Shown piece by piece: positions 47,987 to 57,993 of a stretch of DNA of 64,000 nucleotides. Each line of letters starts with the position of its first letter. Position 1 is the first letter of the stretch. A program made the position numbers and the translations under genes. The notes under the pieces are model-generated. The model had not been told where the DNA came from. It did no database searches and worked only from the letters and a program-made list of their open reading frames with translations. Location: assembly GCA_965216325.1 (NCBI GenBank), contig OZ244160.1, forward strand, positions 320,001 through 384,000. The letters are read 5' to 3'. This DNA comes from Coraliomargarita sp. Lineage in GTDB: Bacteria > Verrucomicrobiota > Verrucomicrobiia > Opitutales > Coraliomargaritaceae.

Positions 47987-49801
47987 TCATTTCACTTCCA
48001 ACTTTAGCAGTTTGCCTTTGAATTTTTCTTTAGGCGATTTGGGGTCTACCGGATTCCTATGATCGAAGCCGACGCTTAGGTCTCCGAGAGGCCACTTGCT
48101 TATCCAATGACCGCCAGATTGAGAGCTCACGGCCTCGCTGTCTCCAACCTGCACAAACAGGTGCCCTTTATCATCCATACCCGCCGCAAAGCTGAATTTC
48201 CCTGCTGGTGCGGAGGTGCTGACGCGTTCAAGGTGGTTCATACCTGTTGATACGGCAAACACCAGTTCGCCGCCGTTGAGATAGAGAGAGTAGCCGACTG
48301 CGGTTCCACCGTGCGCCAGCACAACCTGCTTGGCATCTGCAGGGACTTCCATCTCACCGCTGATTTTAAACGCTTTTTTCACCATGGCTGGTGCGCTCTT
48401 TGATGCATAAACGTCACCCACCTTGACCTTTGACCAGTCGAGTTTTGCGGCAACTTTTTCTTTGCTGCCACCAGCTATCGTTTTTCGGAGTTCATCAATG
48501 ACTGACTTTAATTTGCTTAATTCAGTTTGTTCACGCTCCATGAGTGAATCATAATTAAGATTTTTCTTTTCAAAATGACCCGTGAATTTCTGATAGGTGT
48601 ATTTATTATTCTTGTTCAAAACACCGTAGTCGACATTACGAGCCCAGGTTTCACCTCTATACCAGACGTATACATGCTCCTTAACGCGCTCACCTTTTCC
48701 GGATAGTACGGGCCACAAACTTACCCCATCTCCCGGATAATTCTCGGGCAGTGGAGCTCCGGACACTTCACAAAGAGTCGGCATGATATCGGAGAACTCA
48801 ACCAGTTCTTTGGATTCAAGTTTCGGAGAAATGACACCCGGCCAGTTAACCACTAGTGGAACGCGCGTCCCCGTTTCTGCAACTTTACCTTTGCCTCCTT
48901 TGATCTCACGCCCGGACCACTTGGTCTTGATTGGCGCGTCGGTTCCGTTATCGCCTGTAAAGATCACCATGGTGTTGTCGCGAATACCAAGTTCATCGAG
49001 TTTGGCCACGATCTTCCCAACCACCTTGTCCACATGCTGCACCATGTCTCTAAAGTGTTTCTTCTGGAGGTCATAGCCGCCCGGCCCCTTGTAGGTTTTT
49101 GATCCAGGCGATTTGGGATCCCAGTCATCGGAATCGGGTGTGGCATCAAAAGGGCAATGGGGCAGGACCATCGGGTAATAAGCAAGGAAAGGTTTATCCT
49201 TGTTTGTCTCGATAAAATCGCAGATGAAGTCTGACATCACATCCGGGCCGTATTCGCCCTTGTTGTAATCTACCGGTTTACCGTTAATCTCAAGGTGCGG
49301 GTTGGGATAACGGGAGTCAAACTGGGTTCCCTTTTTTTCTCTGGGACGTGTATGTTGCCAGAGGCAGGCCTGGTCAAAACCGAAGTGCTGAGCTGCGTCC
49401 GGTTGTCTACCCAGTTGCCATTTCCCGGCAATGACCGTCGCATATCCGGCCTTCTTCAGTTGATGGGCAAAGGTTTTCTGTGAGCGGTCAAGTACACCGA
49501 ACGTTTTGTAGTTTCTAACATTGTACTGACCGGTCATGATTTTGACTCGTGACGGCGTACACAGCGGGTTGGCAAAGCACTGCTCAAAGCGAACACCCTC
49601 TGCTGCAAGCTTGTCGATGTGGGGCGTGTTGTAATCTTCACAGCCGTTGGCACTGATACACTCATAGCCCATGTCATCGGCCATGATCAAGATGATGTTT
49701 GGTTTCGAGTTTTCTGCTCCAGCTAATATACTCATAGAGCAAGCAAATAGAACTACCATCTGCCTTACTATCTTGTGAGTGTTACTTATCTTTGTAGTCA
49801 T
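47987..49801 (-). CDS. Sulfatase with a C-terminal LamG/concanavalin-like module
   Basis: PNIILIMADDMG, CTPSR, GKWQLG, GDNG; VVLAHGG..VGYSLYL...LSVGFD. Confidence 0.93.
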   Translation of the reverse strand: MTTKISNTHKIVRQMVVLFACSMSILAGAENSKPNIILIMADDMGYECISANGCEDYNTPHIDKLAAEGVRFEQCFANPLCTPSRVKIMTGQYNVRNYKTFGVLDRSQKTFAHQLKKAGYATVIAGKWQLGRQPDAAQHFGFDQACLWQHTRPREKKGTQFDSRYPNPHLEINGKPVDYNKGEYGPDVMSDFICDFIETNKDKPFLAYYPMVLPHCPFDATPDSDDWDPKSPGSKTYKGPGGYDLQKKHFRDMVQHVDKVVGKIVAKLDELGIRDNTMVIFTGDNGTDAPIKTKWSGREIKGGKGKVAETGTRVPLVVNWPGVISPKLESKELVEFSDIMPTLCEVSGAPLPENYPGDGVSLWPVLSGKGERVKEHVYVWYRGETWARNVDYGVLNKNNKYTYQKFTGHFEKKNLNYDSLMEREQTELSKLKSVIDELRKTIAGGSKEKVAAKLDWSKVKVGDVYASKSAPAMVKKAFKISGEMEVPADAKQVVLAHGGTAVGYSLYLNGGELVFAVSTGMNHLERVSTSAPAGKFSFAAGMDDKGHLFVQVGDSEAVSSQSGGHWISKWPLGDLSVGFDHRNPVDPKSPKEKFKGKLLKLEVK

Positions 49802-51126
49802 TATTTATTCTTACCAGATTGGCCGTTGTCGGCCTGTTGTTTCATCCAGACCGCGAGCTGCTCGCGCATCTCCTTGAGAACTTGTTCGTACTCTGGATTA
49901 TGAACTAAGTTATTCTGTTCGTAAGGATCTTTATCAATGGCAAACAGCATCTCTTTCGGGGGAGTGATTATATCGTCCATAGTACTCTTTGCCTTAGAGT
50001 CTGTTTCCGCCAGTGCGTGCCACGACGCTAAGGTTTCTTTGGGACCTGTCTTGCCCCAGGCTTTGCAGGAAAACTTTGCTCCGGGCTTTGTGTTCAAAAT
50101 GTATTTGTACTTTTTCGAACGCACACTGCGTAGAGGAACTCCGGGGTTGGTCTGAATGCCGTAGGTCCATTGTGCGTGCTCCTTCTTCGTGCCCTTAAGC
50201 ACATCGGCAAAACTGAAACCGTCAAAACCACGTCCGCCGTCGGCTGCACCATCCCGTCCCGTATCGATAACCTTTGGATCTCCGCCAGCAAGCTCGACCA
50301 GGGTCGGTACCACATCCACATAGCGCACCATAGCATCGGTAACCGTTCCGGCTTGAACCTGTCCGGGCCAGCGGGCAATCAATGCCGTGCGCAGTCCCAT
50401 ATCGTAACAAGTCCATTTTGCGCGAGGAAAGGCGGAGCCCTGCTCACTGGTAAATAGAACGAGCGTATCCTGATCCTTATTCGTCGCTTTAAGGGTATCG
50501 AGAAGTCCCTTAACCTGCTTGTCCAGGGCAGAGATCTCCTTGTAATACATACTTAGTGCAGTACGGGTCTCTGGTGTATCCAACAGGTAGGGCGGTATCG
50601 TAAAGCTCGCGGGGTCATAGGAAATATTCTTTCCCTCAGTCCAGGGTAAATGCGGATTGTGTGAGCAGAAGATGTAGGCAAACGGTTTCTCTCCTTCACA
50701 AAGTTTCTTGAGAGATGCGTTTTTAAAAGGGAACGATGTCTTTGGCCCGAAGTGTGTCTTTCCCTGCAGCGCTACGGTGTAGCCCAAGGCCTCCAGATGA
50801 TGCACGACGCTCTTGGTTCCCGGGTGGACTTTGGTATGGTTGGCAACGGCTCCGTTGCGTTTAGGGAAAAGACCGGTATAAAGCTGCTGTCGGGTGGGCG
50901 CACACATGGCTGTGGCAGTGAAACAGTGGGTAAAACGCTTCCCTTCCTTCGCCAGAGCATCCAGAGTCGGTGTTTTGACATCTTGATTCCCGTAACAACC
51001 AACATCGGCCCAGCTCATGTCATCGGCAACGATCAATACAATGTTGGGTTTATTACCTGCTGACAACTGACCGGCAAAGGCTAGTGCAACTACCGTGAGC
51101 ATGATTTTTAGTTTTTGGGTGATCAT
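49801..51126 (-). CDS. Sulfatase (N-sulfoglucosamine sulfohydrolase-like)
   Basis: PNIVLIVADD, CAPTR, GKTH, PHLPW, SEQG, KWTCYD.G. Confidence 0.92.
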   Translation of the reverse strand: MITQKLKIMLTVVALAFAGQLSAGNKPNIVLIVADDMSWADVGCYGNQDVKTPTLDALAKEGKRFTHCFTATAMCAPTRQQLYTGLFPKRNGAVANHTKVHPGTKSVVHHLEALGYTVALQGKTHFGPKTSFPFKNASLKKLCEGEKPFAYIFCSHNPHLPWTEGKNISYDPASFTIPPYLLDTPETRTALSMYYKEISALDKQVKGLLDTLKATNKDQDTLVLFTSEQGSAFPRAKWTCYDMGLRTALIARWPGQVQAGTVTDAMVRYVDVVPTLVELAGGDPKVIDTGRDGAADGGRGFDGFSFADVLKGTKKEHAQWTYGIQTNPGVPLRSVRSKKYKYILNTKPGAKFSCKAWGKTGPKETLASWHALAETDSKAKSTMDDIITPPKEMLFAIDKDPYEQNNLVHNPEYEQVLKEMREQLAVWMKQQADNGQSGKNK

Positions 51127-51166
51127 GCTATATCCTTTTATTCACTTTTTTCGATCGCTGCTGAAA

Positions 51167-53098
51167 TCATTTCACGCTCAACTTTAGCAGTTTGCCTTTG
51201 AATTTTTCTTTAGGCGACTTGGGGTCTACCGGATTCCCATAATCGAAGCCGACGCTTAGGTCTTCGACAGGCCACTTGCTTATCCAATGATCGCCCGCTT
51301 GGGAACGCACAGCCTCGTTGTCTCCAACCTGCACAAACAGGTGCCCTTTATCATCCATTCCCGCCGCAAAGCCGAATTTCCCTGCTGGAGCCGGAGTTTT
51401 GACGCGTTCAAGGTGTTTCTTGCCTGTTGATACAGCAAACACCAGCTCGCCGTTGTTGAGGTAGAGAGTGTAGCCGACTGCGGCTCCACCATGGGCCAGA
51501 ACAACTTGCTTCGCCTCGGCAGGGACTTCCATTTCTCCGCTGATTTTAAACGCTTTCTTCACCATGGCTGGCGCGCTCTTTGATGCATAAACGTCACCCA
51601 CCTTGACCTTTGACCAGTCGAGTTTTGCGGCAACTTTTTGTATTCCTTTGCGGCCACCAGGCTTAATACCACTACCAATCTCCTTTTGCTTTTCGCCAAT
51701 GAGACCCTCGAGGCGTTTGAAGACTTCAGGATACTTGTCTGCAAGATTCGTTTTTTCTCCTGGATCAGACTCTAAATCGTACAAGGCTTTTTGTCCTGCT
51801 TTCCTCTTTAAGCCCCAGGAGCCTCCACCGAGGGCCTCCTGCAACTTCCATTTGCCACTGCGAACGGCCTGTACATCCCAGCCATAGAGATAAAAGAAGT
51901 CTTTTTCAGGCACCTCTCCTTCTTCAAGGGCAAGGAGCGGCCAAATGTTCTGCCCATCGATCACTCTGTCGTTCGGCAGTGGCTGCCCCGCCAGTGTGGC
52001 GATTGTCGGGAATAGATCCAACATGGAGGTAACTTGGGTACATACTCTGCCGGCAGCCACCTTCCCGGGCCAGCGGATGATCATCGGCACACGCTGTCCA
52101 CCCTCATGAGTTGAGAACTTCCCTCCTTTTAGGGGCTTGGCGCTTCCACTCAGCTCCCCCAACCCAAGCCAGGGGCCGTTGTCTGAGGTGAAAATGACCA
52201 GAGTATTGTCGTCAATATTCAATTCTTTCAATGTTGTCAGCAGACGCCCGACATTGGCGTCCAGCTCCTCAATGGTATCTCCATAGAAGCCCTGCTTGCT
52301 TTTGCCCCGGAATGGGTTGGTTGCTGCAAGGGGGATGTGGGGCATCGCGTGCGGCAGATAGATAAAAAACGGCTTATTTTCATTTGCATTGGTTTTGATA
52401 AATGTAATGGCCTCATCGGTATAACGCTGGGTCAGAGTCGTCTGATCCACCGGAAACTCAATTACCTCTTCATTGAGCATTAGAGGTAATTTAAATTTCT
52501 CATGGGGAGATTTTAAGCCACCGCCTTTCTTCGAATAGGCACCAGATTGAATTTTCTGCACCGTCGCTCCGCCGTTGAGCTTTAGGTCAGATGCCAGGGG
52601 TGCTGTTTTATCAATCCACATATCGTTGCTGTAGGGAATACCCAAATAATAATCAAAACCCTGTCGAGTAGGGAGAAACTCGGACTTGTGGCCCAGGTGC
52701 CATTTGCCGATACAAGCCGTCGCGTATCCGGCGTTCTTAAGAACTTCTGCAATGGTCACCTCTGTTGTGGGAAAGCCATGGGAGTCATGAGGGAACAATA
52801 CGTTTGGTACCTTACAGCGGGTGGGATAGCGACCCGTCAACATTGCAGCGCGCGAAGGTGAACACACGGCATTTGCCGAATAAAAATCGGTAAAACGAAC
52901 ACCTTCAGCAGCCATGCGGTCGAGGTTGGGGGTATTGATATCTTGCGCGCCGTAGCACCCCGCATCGGCATAGCCCATATCATCGGTGAAAATTACTATC
53001 ACGTTGGGGCTTTTTGTGGTGGCTTCACCGGCGAACAACTGGCCGGCAAAGGCCAGTGCAGTTACCGTGAGAATCATTGTTATTGTTTTTGTGCTCAT
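51167..53098 (-). CDS. Arylsulfatase A-like sulfatase with a C-terminal LamG/concanavalin-like module
   Basis: PNVIVIFTDDMGY, CSPSRAAMLTGRY, GKWHLG, SDNGPW; same tail as 47987-49801. Confidence 0.94.
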   Translation of the reverse strand: MSTKTITMILTVTALAFAGQLFAGEATTKSPNVIVIFTDDMGYADAGCYGAQDINTPNLDRMAAEGVRFTDFYSANAVCSPSRAAMLTGRYPTRCKVPNVLFPHDSHGFPTTEVTIAEVLKNAGYATACIGKWHLGHKSEFLPTRQGFDYYLGIPYSNDMWIDKTAPLASDLKLNGGATVQKIQSGAYSKKGGGLKSPHEKFKLPLMLNEEVIEFPVDQTTLTQRYTDEAITFIKTNANENKPFFIYLPHAMPHIPLAATNPFRGKSKQGFYGDTIEELDANVGRLLTTLKELNIDDNTLVIFTSDNGPWLGLGELSGSAKPLKGGKFSTHEGGQRVPMIIRWPGKVAAGRVCTQVTSMLDLFPTIATLAGQPLPNDRVIDGQNIWPLLALEEGEVPEKDFFYLYGWDVQAVRSGKWKLQEALGGGSWGLKRKAGQKALYDLESDPGEKTNLADKYPEVFKRLEGLIGEKQKEIGSGIKPGGRKGIQKVAAKLDWSKVKVGDVYASKSAPAMVKKAFKISGEMEVPAEAKQVVLAHGGAAVGYTLYLNNGELVFAVSTGKKHLERVKTPAPAGKFGFAAGMDDKGHLFVQVGDNEAVRSQAGDHWISKWPVEDLSVGFDYGNPVDPKSPKEKFKGKLLKLSVK

Positions 53099-53171
53099 GG
53101 TGTTTCCCTTTATTAAATGTTTCTCGCTCGCATCTATCTGCTATTCAGAAGCGGACTATTTCTTCCACATT

Positions 53172-53197
53172 GATCCGCGCGCTGACGCGCACGGATC
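53172..53197. repeat. Short REP-like palindrome at a junction breakpoint
   Basis: gatccgcgcgc-tgac-gcgcacggatc. Confidence 0.6.
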
Positions 53198-53236
53198 GTT
53201 TATGCGATCACTTCGTGTCTTTATCTTCTGTGGGTA

Positions 53237-55540
53237 TTATTCTGCATCTTCATATACCAGAGAGACATCGATGTACTGACCACCGCCTGCGTTCTGGCAA
53301 TGAACAGCCAAGGTGTTTTGGCCCTTTTTGAGCGCCGCCTGGGCTTCGGGCGAGATTTTAACATCCTTGTATCCAGTCGTATAACCAACAAGCTTTGCGG
53401 CCTGTACGCCATTGATATAGACAGTTGCGTCCTCATCCCAAAACGCATCGAGCATCAGTGATCCCTCTCCCGGATCAAAGCTGAAAGAACTCCTTATCCA
53501 GATGTTTGGCGTGGTCCACTCGGTTTTGATGAAAGTACCTGGAGTATTTCTACTCCCGATTCCGGCAGGACCCTCAGTCCAGTTGTTTGCTGTGAACTCA
53601 GGATTCATCCAATTTTTAGCCGGCTTCGTTGTCGTATAGCGCACGGGAACTTTGTTGGCTTTGGCGCGTTTGATGACGTACTTGCGAGGCACCACTTTTT
53701 TATAGAGCGGCGCGTGAATTTCCTTCAGGGTTTCGGCCGGAATCTTGATGATCTTGCGGTCATAACTCATCAGGCCGTTGATCTCCAGTTCAACATCAGA
53801 TGTTTGTGTATAGATCCCACCGGCAACACCGCTGCGTTTGAGGTCGAGTAGACGCCTGGCCGACTCTTTATATCGGTCAAGAAGTTCGTTCAGACTTTTA
53901 GGCACCGAGCCGTAGCTGTATGGTCTTCCTTTTGAAGTCCAACGGTTTTCTTTTGGCACAAAAAAGCCGTGTCCGCCATATTCACCGACAACCTTAATGT
54001 AATCATCGAAGCGGGGATCTTCGGTAGGGAATTTAGGATGAGGATACTGGTGATGATCGGCCACATCGCCGACAGGCCAGAAGTTTCCTCCGCTTGCACC
54101 ATTCACCAGACGGCTGGGATCATAATCGACAGTCCATTGGACCACCTTCATCGTCCTGTGCTGCGCCCATCCTTCATTGAACGGGACCCAGGACACGATG
54201 CTCGGGTAATTGTATAAATAGTCGATCATTTCCTTGAGTTCATACATAAACTGTTGGTGAGCAGCTTCCGGCCAGTTGGGCTCGGTTGGATTCGGTTCCA
54301 AATGGGAATTCCACTTGGCATGAGGTGATCCCGAGACCTGATCCTGCCAGACCATCATGCCGACCTTGTCGCAGTGGGCGTAATAACGGCGCGGACGGAC
54401 CTTGATGTGATTGCGAATGCAGTTGAATCCGGCTGCCTTCAGGTAATCGATATCGAAACGCATAGCCTCGTCTGACGCAGGGGTCAGCAGCCCATCGGGA
54501 AACCAGCCCTGATCCAAAGGCCCGAGGTGGAAAATTTCCTTTCCGTTGAGGGTAAAGCGCCAGTTGCCAGCCTCGTCCTGCATCTTACCAACGGTGCGCA
54601 GTCCCGTGTATGACTCAACGGTATCAATGGAGTCCTTACCAGAAAGAAGTTCAACCTTTAGCTCATACAGGTGCGGGGTGTCCGGTGTCCACAGCTTAGC
54701 GTCTTTGATGGGAAGGACTGTATTTTCAAGAGAGCCCGTAGCCGACGCAACCTCTTTGCCCTCATAGAATGCCGTCACCTTCACACTGGAGGCTTTAACC
54801 GCGGCGTCATTAATAAATGTCTTTACCGAGATGGCAGCGGGTGCAATTGTTGTATCAATCTTAATGCGCTTGATGTAGGTCTGCGGTACGGATTCCAACC
54901 ATACAGTCTGCCAGATACCCGATACGCGAGTGTACCATATGCCATGTGGTCTGCGTGACTGCTTACCTAATAGCTGGTATTTTTCGGTTTCGTCGATGAC
55001 CTTAACGGAGATTGTATTCTCGCCTTCGATAGCGGCATCGGTAATGTCAAAGGAGAAGGGGGTGTTGCCGCCCTTGTGGGTTCCAACCAAGGTACCGTTG
55101 ACCCAGGCCGTGCACTCATAGTCTACCGCTTCAAAATGCAGGAGATGACGATGGTCCTTTTTCTTTAAATCGAATGTCCGCTGATACCACAGTTCTTCAC
55201 TAGGTTCGAGAAGGCGTTGTACTCCGGAAAGGCTCGACTCAATGCAGAACGGCACCAAGATATTGCCATTCCATTTATCGGGAGCACTGCTACTCGCATG
55301 CTTAGAGCGCTTTAAGACGGCGTACTGCCATAGTCCGTTAAGATTCTGCCAGTTCTCGCGAACCATCTGCGGACGTGGGTACTCCTGCCAGACATTCTCA
55401 GGCGTCACCGATTCAGCAAATTTCGTTTTGATATTATCACCTGCCGGTTTCCAATCTGTGGTAGTTTCAGCGGCTGATACTTGACCGGCAAAGGCCAGGG
55501 CAGCTATCGTGCCTAATGTTTTTACTCTTTTTTTGATCAT
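53237..55540 (-). CDS. GH2 glycoside hydrolase, paralog without the terminal CBM
   Basis: Near-identical to 43259-45470; ends DVSLVYEDAE*. Confidence 0.9.
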   Translation of the reverse strand: MIKKRVKTLGTIAALAFAGQVSAAETTTDWKPAGDNIKTKFAESVTPENVWQEYPRPQMVRENWQNLNGLWQYAVLKRSKHASSSAPDKWNGNILVPFCIESSLSGVQRLLEPSEELWYQRTFDLKKKDHRHLLHFEAVDYECTAWVNGTLVGTHKGGNTPFSFDITDAAIEGENTISVKVIDETEKYQLLGKQSRRPHGIWYTRVSGIWQTVWLESVPQTYIKRIKIDTTIAPAAISVKTFINDAAVKASSVKVTAFYEGKEVASATGSLENTVLPIKDAKLWTPDTPHLYELKVELLSGKDSIDTVESYTGLRTVGKMQDEAGNWRFTLNGKEIFHLGPLDQGWFPDGLLTPASDEAMRFDIDYLKAAGFNCIRNHIKVRPRRYYAHCDKVGMMVWQDQVSGSPHAKWNSHLEPNPTEPNWPEAAHQQFMYELKEMIDYLYNYPSIVSWVPFNEGWAQHRTMKVVQWTVDYDPSRLVNGASGGNFWPVGDVADHHQYPHPKFPTEDPRFDDYIKVVGEYGGHGFFVPKENRWTSKGRPYSYGSVPKSLNELLDRYKESARRLLDLKRSGVAGGIYTQTSDVELEINGLMSYDRKIIKIPAETLKEIHAPLYKKVVPRKYVIKRAKANKVPVRYTTTKPAKNWMNPEFTANNWTEGPAGIGSRNTPGTFIKTEWTTPNIWIRSSFSFDPGEGSLMLDAFWDEDATVYINGVQAAKLVGYTTGYKDVKISPEAQAALKKGQNTLAVHCQNAGGGQYIDVSLVYEDAE

Positions 55541-55597
55541 GCTATATCCCTTTATTAAATGTTTCTCGCTCGCATCTATCTGCTATTCAGAAGCGGA

Positions 55598-57937
55598 CTA
55601 TTTCTTCCACTCAACTTTCTTATCAAACTCAAACCAATCCAGGTTAAACATGCCGCTCCCTTGCCCGGTAAAGACCAGGTAGAGATCCTGCTTGCCGCTC
55701 AGGCCGCTTACCTCGCAGGACATCTCATCCCAGAAACCCCAGTTTCCAGTAGGTTTCACGCGACAGGAACCGAGCAGTTTACCGCTTGCACTACCCAGCC
55801 TCAGCTCAATGGTGCCGCCATTTTTGTTGCCGCATGCTACCCGAGCCGTAAACGTTTTGATTCCCTCAGGGAACTCCATGCCCTCGAACATAATCCAGTG
55901 ACCGTTGTCGATATATCCAAGGTGATGCCCAGAACCTGAGCTTTCTTTTTTCGTGCCGGAATTTCTTGTGTACGCCTCTGCCTGGACGCCGGAAATAGGC
56001 TTTGGTTTATAGACGGGGAAATACACATTCTTCTCAGGAGAACCCGCACGGTTCAACCATCCCCCTTTTGAAGCGGCATAGTTATCGATTTTTCCGCGCA
56101 AGGCATCGTAGCCGGCAGGTTTTGTTTTCGAGACGACGATATCCTTTATGATATTGGTTTTGTTTTTACTATTATTGTTGAGCCAGAGATCTGTTTGATT
56201 GGTCCAGAATATGCAATTTCTATACGTATTCTTGTAGGTGTCATCATCCAGATGCAGGCAGTGTGATTGGTCAGCACCCACGTTGAGAGCTTTGCCCACA
56301 TTATACTGCCATAGGGTATCCAGTCCGGCTTCCCAGCTGTAGAGAGCGCCACCATCTCTCATCCTGGTCATCCAGTCTTCCAGGATGTTATACTCAACAA
56401 GATTATTGCTGGAGTGGAGTTTGGGAATCTTTGATGCGAGACCATAGGGCCGGTCTTTTTTCAGCTCATCCCAGCGTGCCTGGTACATGGCCTGCTTGTT
56501 GCCGTAGGAATCGGTTGTATCCACTCGTTTCGGATCATTCATCTGGTCGGGCTTCATGCCGATGATGGAAACTGCCGCGTAGGGCATCTCTTTGAACCAG
56601 TTATACCTAACCTTGTTATTATGGCTGCCATATATTTGGACTGGATTGGAGTGCATGTAATCGAGCCCCATGTGGTGGATATAGTTTCGCTCAATCAGGT
56701 GACTGTGGTTGAGATCGACATCTCCCGGGCCATAACCGGTAATACTGACTCCGCCTGAATTGTTGTACGCGATCTCATTGCCTGTAATAAATACTCTCTG
56801 CGCATAGTGATCCAGAGCTATTCCCTGAGATCCGGAGTTGGCGATCACACAGCTGTCAATCACAATATCCCGTACACCCTGGAGGAATATCATCGCATCC
56901 GAGCTCTCCCCATTTCGCGTGAGCCATTTCGGGTCGTACTCATGTTCACGGGTAAAATCACTGTACCTGAATACCAGATTGCGCAGCTCCACATGGTGCA
57001 CCTGCTGCTTCCACGCCTGCTCCTCTTCGTCTCCCTGAAAGCGGACGAGTTCACTCAATGAGGGAGAAAACGTCTTCTTGCCATCCATGGTGCCGTCTGC
57101 AGGCCAGTAATAGATCTTACCCGCAGCTGAATCCACCACATATTCATTCTCTGAATCCAGCAGTGGGATCGCATTGCGCAAGTTGTACCAACCACCGCCA
57201 TACAGCCTTATGTTACGGTATTGCACCGTTATATCGCTGTGCAGTCGTGCCGTACTCTTTTCCGGATCGATATCGCTCAACGTACCTATGATGTTCCACC
57301 AGACGGCGGTGGTCATAACGATTTCGGCATCATCGTTCCTGGGAAAGTTCTTAAGCGCTCCGGCAGGAAACCGCAACAATCGTCCTTTTACGGCTTCAGG
57401 GTGGCCACCGCTCAATCGGGGCCATTTCTTGAAGAATGTCCGGACCTGCGCCTGGGCGATCTGCTGTCTCACACCGTTCACAAAGAGATATTGCGGACGC
57501 CAGCCTTTCTCAATGCTCGCCTCGAAAACCTTACCCTTGGCAAGCTCCGGCAGCCCCGCCGGGTAGTCACTTACTTTCTTCCAGCCGGTGATGTATTTCT
57601 TGCTGGTGATTCGGGCTGTTTCTTTGGGATAGGAGCGGTATACCACAGGCTTTCCCTCTTCGCCGGAATCCTGAGGGGTCAGAATAAAGGTTTCGCTTAG
57701 ATTGTATTCGCCCTCGCGCAGATAGACCGTGAAGCCACCCGCGGGCAGCGGATTCGTCTTGCGGTACGCTCGAATCGCATCGCGCGACTTGGCAAGGGTC
57801 AGGAATGGCTTGGCTTCGGTGCCCGGGTTTGTGTCTTTTCCGTCCGGGGCGACGTAGAACGTTTCGCCGGCGAACAACTGACCGGCAAAGGTCAGTGCAG
57901 CTACCGTGAGGGGCTTCATTAATTTTTGGGTGATCAT
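55598..57937 (-). CDS. Right-handed beta-helix enzyme (GH141-like) with CBM6, paralog of 45599-47947
   Basis: Same architecture, patchy divergence. Confidence 0.85.
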   Translation of the reverse strand: MITQKLMKPLTVAALTFAGQLFAGETFYVAPDGKDTNPGTEAKPFLTLAKSRDAIRAYRKTNPLPAGGFTVYLREGEYNLSETFILTPQDSGEEGKPVVYRSYPKETARITSKKYITGWKKVSDYPAGLPELAKGKVFEASIEKGWRPQYLFVNGVRQQIAQAQVRTFFKKWPRLSGGHPEAVKGRLLRFPAGALKNFPRNDDAEIVMTTAVWWNIIGTLSDIDPEKSTARLHSDITVQYRNIRLYGGGWYNLRNAIPLLDSENEYVVDSAAGKIYYWPADGTMDGKKTFSPSLSELVRFQGDEEEQAWKQQVHHVELRNLVFRYSDFTREHEYDPKWLTRNGESSDAMIFLQGVRDIVIDSCVIANSGSQGIALDHYAQRVFITGNEIAYNNSGGVSITGYGPGDVDLNHSHLIERNYIHHMGLDYMHSNPVQIYGSHNNKVRYNWFKEMPYAAVSIIGMKPDQMNDPKRVDTTDSYGNKQAMYQARWDELKKDRPYGLASKIPKLHSSNNLVEYNILEDWMTRMRDGGALYSWEAGLDTLWQYNVGKALNVGADQSHCLHLDDDTYKNTYRNCIFWTNQTDLWLNNNSKNKTNIIKDIVVSKTKPAGYDALRGKIDNYAASKGGWLNRAGSPEKNVYFPVYKPKPISGVQAEAYTRNSGTKKESSGSGHHLGYIDNGHWIMFEGMEFPEGIKTFTARVACGNKNGGTIELRLGSASGKLLGSCRVKPTGNWGFWDEMSCEVSGLSGKQDLYLVFTGQGSGMFNLDWFEFDKKVEWKK

Positions 57938-57993
57938 AGTAGATCCTTTATTAAATGTTTCTCGCCCGCGTTTATCTGATATTCAGAAGCGGA

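Larger units (their letters stand above)
43259..57950. repeat. ~4.7-kb direct duplication (GH2 plus beta-helix/CBM6): 43259-47960 and 53258-57950
   Basis: Offset 9999 bp through GH2 and 9990 bp at the beta-helix 5' end. Confidence 0.95.

Noticed and set aside
45599..57937. Diversity-generating retroelement (TR/VR) behind the variable beta-helix patches
   Set aside because: In the patch compared by hand, differences hit all four bases and indels occur nearby, so they are not adenine-specific; no intact RT or Avd gene is in the window
43259..57950. Pure assembly artefact for the 9999-bp-offset duplication
   Set aside because: The copies differ by substitutions, indels, leaders and 3' ends, so they are distinct loci; local collapse of identical tracts cannot be excluded
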